Shown here: positions 54,857 through 64,000 of the stretch, one piece after another
How the letters are laid out: the number at the start of each line of letters is the position of its first letter
How positions within the stretch are numbered: the stretch's first letter is position 1
Source of the DNA: an uncultured delta proteobacterium
GTDB lineage: Bacteria > Myxococcota > Myxococcia > Myxococcales > Anaeromyxobacteraceae
DNA: 64,000 nucleotides
Direction: 5' to 3'
Assembly (NCBI GenBank): GCA_963733485.1
Contig: CAVTDL010000005.1
Location: 31,733 to 95,732, forward strand
Notes under the pieces: model-generated
Database searches by the model: none
What the model was told of the DNA's origin: nothing
The model's input: the letters and a program-made list of their open reading frames with translations, nothing else
Program-made: the position numbers and the translations under genes

Positions 54857-55515
54857 TCAGCGGCTCCAGGGCCGGCCTCGGCCGGGAAGTGACGGCTCCT
54901 CCGCCGCCAGGGCGGCCAGCCTGCTCCACAGTTGGTCGGTGCCCGGTCCCCTCGACCGCCGAGAACGGCACCACGTCGCCGCGCGCGGCGCCGAGCGCCC
55001 GCTCCGCCACCTGGAGCGCCGCCCCCGCCGCGGGACTTCGGGAGCTTGTCCATCTTGGTGGCCGCCACCACCACGCGCCGCCCCGCGGCGCGCAGGAAGG
55101 TCGCCGCGTCCTCGTCGCTCTCGGTCGGCGGGTGGCGCGCGTCCACGATCAGCACCACCGCGCGCAGCACGTCGCGCTCGCGCAGGTAGTCCTCGATCAT
55201 GGCCGCCCAGCGGTCGCGCTCGTCCTTCGACACCTTGGCGTAGCCGTAGCCGGGGAGATCGCAGAACCGGAGGCTCCGGGGGCGCGCCGCGGGCGTGGGG
55301 CGGTAGAGACGTCGAAGAACTGGAGCGCGCGCGTGCGGCCGGGCGTGGCCGAGACCCGCGCCAGCCCCTTCCGGCGCGCCAGCGCGTTCAGCATCGACGA
55401 CTTGCCCGACGTTCGAGCGGCCCACGAAGGCGAGCTCCGGGATGAGTCCCCGCGGCCACTCGGCGGGACGGGTGGCGGTCTTGTTGAAGTCGGCGGAGAC
55501 GACCTGGATCGGCAC
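54857..55515 (-). CDS. engB: Ribosome biogenesis GTPase YihA/YsxC; frameshifted
   Basis: PELAFVGRSNVGKSS, VSATPGRTR, DLPGYGYAKVSK, VDARH, TKMDKL. Confidence 0.92.
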
Positions 55516-55523
55516 ACTGCCTC

Positions 55524-56083
55524 CTAGCGGCCCGGTACGGCGGGCCGCGCCGGCGGGCTCTTGCGGGGCGCGGGGGCAGGGCGGCCGATCCGGGCGCCGC
55601 TGGAGCCCTCGCCGGCGCGGCGTCCTTCGGGGCGGCCCGGGCCGCGCGCTCCGCGGTCCAGTGGTCGACGAGCGGCAGCTTCCGCACCGGCTGGAACGGC
55701 ACCAGGCTCGGCGTCGAGTCGGTGTGGCAGGCGAGGCAGCTCTTCGCGTCGGGGTCGACGAGGCCGAGCGCGCGCGCCAGCTCCGGGTCCCGCATCACGT
55801 GGCGCACGGCGTAGAGGCGCCCCGGCCCGTGGCACGCCTCGCAGGACACACCCGGGATCCCGGTCCGCCGCGTCGGGCGCGTGGCACGACCGGCAGCGCT
55901 CGTCCTCGCGGCGCGCGGCCGGGCAGCGCCTCCAGCGGCGCGCGCGTGCGGGCCGGCGCGCCAGACCTCGTAGGCGGCGGGGTGGCAGGCCTTGCACGCC
56001 TCGGGGCCGACCCGATCGCTCGCGGCGAGCGCGACGGCGGGCAGCGCGGCGCGAGGGAGGGCGCATGTGAACGGGGAGCGCAC
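55524..56083 (-). CDS. Tetraheme cytochrome c (c554-like); frameshifted
   Basis: VGPEACKACH..W..GPHA, CRSCH, GVSCEACHGPG, CLACH. Confidence 0.8.
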
Positions 56084-56104
56084 GGGCCCGGAGTATAATG
56101 CGCC

Positions 56105-56647
56105 ATGCGCCTTTCTCCCGCTTCACTTTGCTCGTTTCGCTCGCGCTCGGCCCGGCCGCGGCCTCGGCGCGGGCCTGGCGGGGCGTCGACCCCGGGCGTC
56201 ACCTCCCAGGCCGACGTGGTCGGCCGCTTCGGCGAGCCGACCACGCGCGCGAAGCGCGGCGGACGGCTGGTGCTCGCCTACCACGGCGACGAGGCCCCGG
56301 AGGGCACGCGCCAGGCCCAGTTCCACCTCGACGCCGCCGGCACCGTCCAGGAGATCACCGTCTTCCTCGTCACGCCGCTCGACGCGGAGACCATCCAGGG
56401 CACCTACGGGAAGCCGCCGCACCGGACGTTCGTGGAGGACACCTTCCAGAAGGTCTGGGTGTATCCGGCGCAGGGCGTGACCGTCTACTTCGGCAAGGAC
56501 GGGAGCGTCGAGGCGCTCTCCTTCGCCTCCGCGAAGGCGCAGGCCGCGCCCGCCCGGCCCCGCCCCTCGGCGGCGCCCGCCGCGGCCACGCCGGCCGCGC
56601 CGCCCCGCCGGTGCGCGCTGAGCTCCCCGTGCGCGTCATCGGCCTGA
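56105..56647 (+). CDS. Exported hypothetical protein (SmpA/BLIP-like repeats); frameshifted N-terminus
   Basis: Signal LLVSLALGPAAASA; TPGVTSQADVVGRFGEP and IQGTYGKP repeats; TATAAT at 56094-56099. Confidence 0.6.
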   Translation: MRLSPASLCSFRSRSARPRPRRGPGGASTPGVTSQADVVGRFGEPTTRAKRGGRLVLAYHGDEAPEGTRQAQFHLDAAGTVQEITVFLVTPLDAETIQGTYGKPPHRTFVEDTFQKVWVYPAQGVTVYFGKDGSVEALSFASAKAQAAPARPRPSAAPAAATPAAPPRRCALSSPCASSA

Positions 56648-57265
56648 CCGGCGGCATCGCCACGGGGAAGAGCACCTTCGCGGCCCTGCTGCGCGCGCGC
56701 GGCGCGCCGGTGGTCGACGCCGACGTGCTCGCCCGCGCGGTGGTCGAGCCGGGCACCCCGGCGCTCGAAGAGATCGTCCGCGCCCTCGGCCGGGAGGTGC
56801 TGCGCCCGGACGGCACCCTCGATCGCAAGCGCGTGGCGGACCGCGTCTTCGCCGACCCGGCCGCGCGCCGGCAGCTCGAGGCCATCACCCACCCGGCCGT
56901 CCGCCAGGCCATGCTCGCGGAGACGCGGCGGCTCGCGGGCGAGGGGCACGCGCTCGTGTTCTACGACACGCCGCTCCTGTACGAGGTCGGCCTGGACGCG
57001 GCGCTCGACGCGGTGGTGGTGGTCTGGGCCCCCGCCGCGCTCCAGCGTCGAGCGGCTGCGCCGGCGCGACGGCCTCTCCGAGGCGGAGGCGGACGCCCGG
57101 CTGGCCGCGCAGCTCCCGGTGGACGAGAAGGCGGCCCGCGCCGACCTGGTCGTGGAGAACGACGGGGCCGAGGCCGCGCTCGCCGCCAAGGCCGACCGGC
57201 TCCTCGCCGACCTCCGCCAGGGCCGGGGGCGCAAGCTTCCAAACCACCCGCCCGTGCGCTATTGA
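56629..57265 (+). CDS. coaE: Dephospho-CoA kinase; frameshift near 57050
   Basis: VIGLTGGIATGKST, DADVLAR, LDRK, LEAITHP, DTPLLYE. Confidence 0.93.
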
Positions 57266-57273
57266 CCGCAGCG

Positions 57274-58415
57274 ATGGCCTCCCGCGCGCGCGTCCAGCTC
57301 GTCACCGGCTACCCCGGCTTCATCGGCAAGCGGCTGGTGCGGCGGCTGGTCGAGGACACGCTGCGCGGCTCGGGGCGGGTGGTCCTGCTGGTGCAAGCGA
57401 AGGACGCGGCCGCCGCGCGCGCGGACCTCGGCGCGCTCGGCGCCGAGGGCGCCGAGGTGGTCGAGGGCGACGTGGAGCTCATGCACCTCGGCCTCTCCGG
57501 CGCGGAGTGGAAGGCGCTCGCGCGGGAGGTGACCGACGTCTGGCACCTGGCCGCGCGCACCTGGCTCGGCGCGTCCCTGCGCCGAGATGCGGCGCGTGAA
57601 CGTGGAGGGGACCCGCAACGTGCTCGAGCTCGGGCGCGCGGCGCGGAACCTCTCGCGCCTGAACCACTTCTCCACCGCCTACGTCTCGGGCCACCGGGTC
57701 GGCGTGATCCTCGAGGAGGAGCTGGCGATGGGCCAGCGCTTCCACAACGACTACGAGGAGACGAAGTACCAGGCCGAGCTGCTGGTGCGGCGCGCGCAGG
57801 CCGACCTCCCGGCCACCGTCTACCGGCCCGGCATCGTGGTGGGCGACTCGCGCACCGGCGAGATCGACCGCTTCGAGGGGCCCTACGCGCTGGCCATCTT
57901 CCTGGTCGCCTCGCCGCTCTCGGTGCCCCTGCCGCTCCCCGGCGACGCGGTGGCGCCGCTCAACGTGGTGCCGGTGGACTTCGTGGTCGACGCGGCGGTC
58001 GCGATCGGCGCGGAACCCGGCGGCGGTGGGGCGGACCGTCCACCTGGTGGACCCGGCGCCGCTCTCGGCGCGGCGGGTGTACGAGATGATCGCCGCGCGG
58101 GCCGGGAAGAAGCTGCCGGCCGTCTCGATGCCGGCCCGGGCCTTCCAGGCGCTGCTCCAGCTGCCCCTGCTCGATCGACTCTCGCGCGTGAACGGCCCCG
58201 CCATCGAGTACGTGAACCACCTCGCCATCTACAACTGCCGCCACCTGCTCGAGCTGCTCGACGGCACCGCGGTCCGGTGCCCCCCCATCACGACCTACCT
58301 GGACCGCCTCATCGAGTTCGTGCAGGGCACCTTCGAGCGGCGGCGCGAGGCCGAGCTGGCGCAGCTGGCGGGCGACGTGGACGACCCGCTCGATCCGCGC
58401 CCCGCCCTCCCCTGA
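57274..58415 (+). CDS. Extended SDR / male-sterility (NAD_binding_4) oxidoreductase; frameshifted
   Basis: VTGYPGFIG, WHLAA, VNVEGTRNV, STAYVSG, YEETK, YRPGIVVGDS. Confidence 0.88.
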
Positions 58416-58484
58416 CGCCGCGCGTCAGCGCCCCCCGGCGTGAGCCGACTTGTGCTCCACCCCTTCCTCACCTACAGGGAAGGC

Positions 58485-58892
58485 ATGAAACGCCTCCAGG
58501 ACTTCACCGTGGGAGACACCTTCGAGGTGGTGCGCGAGGTCGATCCGTACCGGCCGATCTACTTCGCGGCGGCCTCCGGCGACTTCAACCCCATCCACAT
58601 CGACGGGCGGGTCGGGCGCGCCGCTGGCCACGCCGGGGTGATCCTCCAGGGGATGTGCACGTTCTCGTGGCTCTCCGACGCCTGCGTCGCCTACCTGGGC
58701 GACCCCGCCCGCCTCCGGCGCATCCGGGCGCGGTTCGCCCGGCCCGTGCAGGTGGGCGACGTGCTCCGCCTCGCGGGGCGCTGCACCGCGGTGGAGGGCC
58801 CGCTCGTCCGGCTCGAGATCTCCGCCACCAACCAGAAGGGCGAGGACGTCCTGAAGGGCGCGGTGGCCGAGGGCCACTGCGGCCAGGAGTGA
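58485..58892 (+). CDS. MaoC family (R)-hydratase, catalytic subunit
   Basis: FAAASGDFNPIHID..A..AG..GVILQGM, RFARPVQVGD. Confidence 0.9.
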   Translation: MKRLQDFTVGDTFEVVREVDPYRPIYFAAASGDFNPIHIDGRVGRAAGHAGVILQGMCTFSWLSDACVAYLGDPARLRRIRARFARPVQVGDVLRLAGRCTAVEGPLVRLEISATNQKGEDVLKGAVAEGHCGQE

Positions 58893-58894
58893 AC

Positions 58895-59371
58895 GTGGCG
58901 ATCGACCGCAAGCACCTGGGCAGGAAGTACGGACCGTACCGCTTCGAGGTGGGTCTCGAGCACGTGAAGGACTTCGCCGCCGCCACCGGCGGCGGGGTGC
59001 CCGGGCGCGTCTTCACCGCGCCGCCCTCCGACGCGCACCCCCTCACCTGGGACGAGGCGGCCGCGCGGGCCGGTCCCCACGGCGGGATCGTCGCGCCGCC
59101 CACCTTCGCCACCGCCTTCGCCATCCAGCCCTTCGCCACCGCCTGCGTCGACCCGGCGCTGGAGGTCGACGTCCTGCGCCTGGTGCACGGCGAGCAGTCG
59201 TTCGAATTCGAGGAGCCGGTCCGCCCCGGCGACGTGCTCGAGACCGCCGGGGAGATCACGCGCCTCCAGGAGCGGGGGAGCCTCGAGTTCCTCGAGGTGA
59301 CCACCGAGACGCGCAACCAGCACGGGCGGGTGGTGGTGCGGGGCGTCTGGACGGCGGTGATCCGTGGGTAG
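58895..59371 (+). CDS. MaoC-like dehydratase N-terminal-type (HadA-like) subunit
   Basis: VKDFAAATG, IVAPPTF, LVHGEQSFEFEEPVRPGD. Confidence 0.88.
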   Translation: MAIDRKHLGRKYGPYRFEVGLEHVKDFAAATGGGVPGRVFTAPPSDAHPLTWDEAAARAGPHGGIVAPPTFATAFAIQPFATACVDPALEVDVLRLVHGEQSFEFEEPVRPGDVLETAGEITRLQERGSLEFLEVTTETRNQHGRVVVRGVWTAVIRG

Positions 59372-59383
59372 CCGGCGCGCCGG

Positions 59384-60138
59384 CTAGGATGTGATCACCC
59401 CGTCGGCGATGAGGTTCGCCAGGATGCGCGCGGTGTCGAGGCGCGGCAGGCCCGAGAGCGCGAAGAGCGAGTCGTAGTCCACCAGCCCGTCGATCTGCGC
59501 GAGCAGGAAGCCGGCCCGGTGGTCCAGGTTCAGCCACATGACCTCCTCCGGCTTGATGGCGAGCCGGGGGACGCCGCCGAGGGGGCCGAGCTTCGACTCG
59601 TACATCGCGATGAGGGTGGCCTCGTTCTGGCGCAGGTAGGCGCGCGCCTCGCGGTGATCCGGATCGACCTGCAGGATCTTCTCGATGAGCTCGAGCGAGC
59701 CGGAGAAGTCGCCCAGCTGGAAGAGCTCGCGCGCCGCCTGGAGCCACACCTCCACGTCGTGCCGCGACCGGTCGACCGCCCGCGCCGGCGGCCCCTCCGG
59801 CACGAGCGGGCGCAGCTCCGACTTCTCCGAGACCGCCTCCAGGTCGAGGCCGCCGCCGACGTCGAGCTCGATGAGCGTCCCGGCCGGCCCGTCGTCCCAG
59901 GGCGACGCGGCGGGGTCCGTCGCGGGGGGCGGCGGGGCCGCGGGCGGCGCGGGACTCGCCGCGGGCGGCCGCTCCGGCGGCGCGCCGGGCGTGCCGTGGA
60001 TGAGGTGCAGGTACGAGCGGGCCTTGGGGTTGCCGGGGTCGATCTCCAGCACCTCCTGGAACGACCTCAGCGCCTCGCCGACCCGCCCGGCCACGTACGC
60101 CTTGATCCCGTGATCGATGAGCTGGGCCACGCGCAAGG

Positions 60139-60142
<4 letters not shown>
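59384..60142 (-). CDS. TPR-containing hypothetical protein with C-terminal winged-helix-like domain
   Basis: Two TPR-like motifs (EVLEIDPGNPKA, KILQVDPDHREA), Pro-rich linker, LDHRAGFLLAQIDG tail; GTG overlaps the Hsp70 stop. Confidence 0.75.
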
Positions 60143-62000
<1,858 letters not shown>

Positions 62001-62004
<4 letters not shown>

Positions 62005-62966
62005 CCGAGGATGCTCCAGCGCAGCCGCTTCAGCCGCTCGCGGGCCGCCTCGAGCCGCGGGTCGAGCTCGACCGCGCGCTCCAGGGCGCGCCGCGCCTCC
62101 TTCCGCTCGCCCTGCGCGTCGAGGACCAGCCCGAGCGCCTCGTGGGCGACCGCGACCCTGGGACCGGCCCGGACGGCGGCGTCGGCCAGCGCGCGGGCGC
62201 CCTCCCGATCCCCGACCGCCAGCGCCATGCGCGCGGCGGCGGCGGCGGCCCGCACGTGGCGCGGGTCGGCCTCGAGGGCCTCGCGGAAGGCCGCCAGCGC
62301 GGTGGCCGGCTGCCCCATCACCTCGGCCGCGAGCCCCCGCTCGTACCGCTCCGCGGCGCGCTGGGCGGCGGCGCGGCGGCGCGCCTCCTCGGCGAGCGCC
62401 GAGAGCTCGGCGTTGGCGGGATCGAGCCCCTGCGCCACCAGCAGGTCGCCGGCCGCCTCGCCCACCTTGCCCCGCTCGAGCGCGTCCTTCCCGCGCCGGG
62501 TCAGCTCGGCCACCTGGGCGGCCCGCGCCAGGAGCGGGCTCTGGCGCGCGAGCCGGGCGCGGCGCTCCCTCGCGCGCCGCGCGTCGTCGACCTTGCTCGC
62601 CTCGAAGCGGGCGCGCTCCTCCGGCGGCGCGGTCTGGCGCGCATACTCGGCGCGCCGGAGGTCGTCGGTGAGGACGTCGCGCGCCTCGGTGAGCCGCCGG
62701 AACACGCGCTCCAGCCGCGCGCGGAAGCTGCCGAGCCGCTGGCCGGCGTAGCGGTCGGGGTGGAACACCTTCACCTTCTCGAGGTAGGCGGCGCGCGCCG
62801 CGGTGGCCGGCGCGTTCCAGGGGAGGCCGAGGAGCTTCCAGTGGGTGGCGGAGGCCAGGCCCTCCTCGGCGCGCAGGATCTCGAGGCGCCGGGCGGCGTC
62901 GAGGTCCACGTCCTCTTCCAGCGTCGCCGGATCCCCGGCGAGGCCGCTGTCCCGGTCCGCGCTCAA
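62001..62966 (-). CDS. J-domain plus TPR co-chaperone
   Basis: HWKLLGL..AY..VFHPDR..LTEARDVLTD..RAEY, followed by TPR repeats. Confidence 0.88.
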
Positions 62967-63091
62967 GCCGCCTCCCCGAAGTGCCGGCGATGGCGGAGCT
63001 TATCGGCGGAGGCGGCGGGGGGTCAACGCCGCGGCCGGGACGATGCCCGGCCCCCGGCGCCCCCGGCCGTGCGCGCCGGGACGGGCCGCGC

Positions 63092-64000
63092 TCACCGGCC
63101 GTCCAGCAGAAGCTCCAGCAGGGCCTTCTGGGCGTGGAGGCGGTTCTCGGCCTGGTCGAAGACGGCCGACTGCGGCCCCTCCAGCACCTCCTCGGATATC
63201 TCCTCGCCGCGATGGGCCGGCAGGCAGTGCAGCACCACCGCCTCCCGGCGGGCGAGCTTGAGGAGCGCCGCGTCCACGATGAAGCCGGCGAACTTGCGGA
63301 CCCGCAGCTCCGCCTCGCTCTCCTGCCCCATGCTGGCCCACACGTCGGTGTTGACGACGTGCGCGCCCTCGACGGCCTCCGCGGGCGTGCGGAACACCCG
63401 CGCGCGCCCGCCGGCGCGGGCGACGAGCTGCGGGTCGGGATCGTAGCCCTCCGGGCAGGCCAGCCGGAGCTCGAACCCCAGCAGCACGCAGGCCTCGAGC
63501 CAGCTGTTGGCCATGTTGTTGCCGTCGCCCACCCAGGCCACCCGCAGGCCGGGGCGCGCCAGCGCGTCGGCCCCGAACCGCTCGGTGATGGTGAGCAGGT
63601 CGGCCAGCAGCTGGCACGGGTGCGACGCGTCGGTCAGCGCGTTCACCACCGGCACGTCGGCGAAGCGCGCCATCTCCTCGATCTTGGTGTGCTCGAAGGT
63701 CCGCACCACCAGGCAGTCCAGGTAGCGCGCGAGCACCCGGGCGGTGTCGCGGATGGGCTCGCCGCGGCCGAGCTGGGTGTCGCGCGGCGAGAGCAGCATG
63801 GCGTTCGCGCCGAGCTGCCAGGCCGCGACCTGGAACGACACGCGGGTGCGGGTCGAGGCCTTCTCGAAGACCAGCCCCACCGTCTTGCGCTCGAGGGGGC
63901 GCGGCCCGCTCCGGCCGAGCAGCTTCCACTCGGCGGCGCGCTCCACCAGCTCGAGGAGCTCGGAGCGATCGAGGTCGGTCAGGCGGAGGAAGTCGCGCTT
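63092..64000 (-). CDS. argF: Ornithine carbamoyltransferase (start lies just beyond the window)
   Basis: FEKASTRTRVSF, HPCQLLAD, GDGNN, TDVWASMG, HCLPAHRGEE, QAENRLH. Confidence 0.96.
   Translation of the reverse strand, partial: KRDFLRLTDLDRSELLELVERAAEWKLLGRSGPRPLERKTVGLVFEKASTRTRVSFQVAAWQLGANAMLLSPRDTQLGRGEPIRDTARVLARYLDCLVVRTFEHTKIEEMARFADVPVVNALTDASHPCQLLADLLTITERFGADALARPGLRVAWVGDGNNMANSWLEACVLLGFELRLACPEGYDPDPQLVARAGGRARVFRTPAEAVEGAHVVNTDVWASMGQESEAELRVRKFAGFIVDAALLKLARREAVVLHCLPAHRGEEISEEVLEGPQSAVFDQAENRLHAQKALLELLLDGR

Overview
This is very high-GC (roughly 75% by eye) myxobacterial chromosome, most like Anaeromyxobacter. It has many single-base indel frameshifts that also hit housekeeping genes (engB, coaE), so these are treated as long-read assembly errors, and many start/stop coordinates are approximate. 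Main blocks: (1) 28-11466, a Wza/Wzc-type polysaccharide operon collinear with the Myxococcus exoA-I spore-coat operon plus an exoL-like deacetylase, with a sigma-54 promoter and an upstream NtrC-type regulator. (2) SpoIID, class IV aminotransferase, argG and tRNA-Lys. (3) 20480-27874, the most striking locus: a translationally coupled five-gene operon encoding a membrane-bound ferredoxin / circularly permuted TrxR-like flavoprotein / di-heme-b fusion, three multiheme c cytochromes (20, 10 and 9 CxxCH) and a probable outer-membrane beta-barrel. This is a candidate direct NAD(P)H-to-cell-surface electron conduit. (4) cysK, tRNA-Glu with a duplicated 3' half, and PKD and OmpA lipoproteins. (5) 32143-51982, a sigma-54-controlled catabolic region with two Liv-type ABC systems, SDR, acyl-CoA ligase, 4-hydroxybutyryl-CoA dehydratase (AbfD), Zn-ADH and SSADH. 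(6) metF, greB, engB, a tetraheme cytochrome, coaE, a MaoC pair, a J-domain/Hsp70/TPR trio and partial argF. No CRISPR array, rRNA, integrase or transposase was seen.
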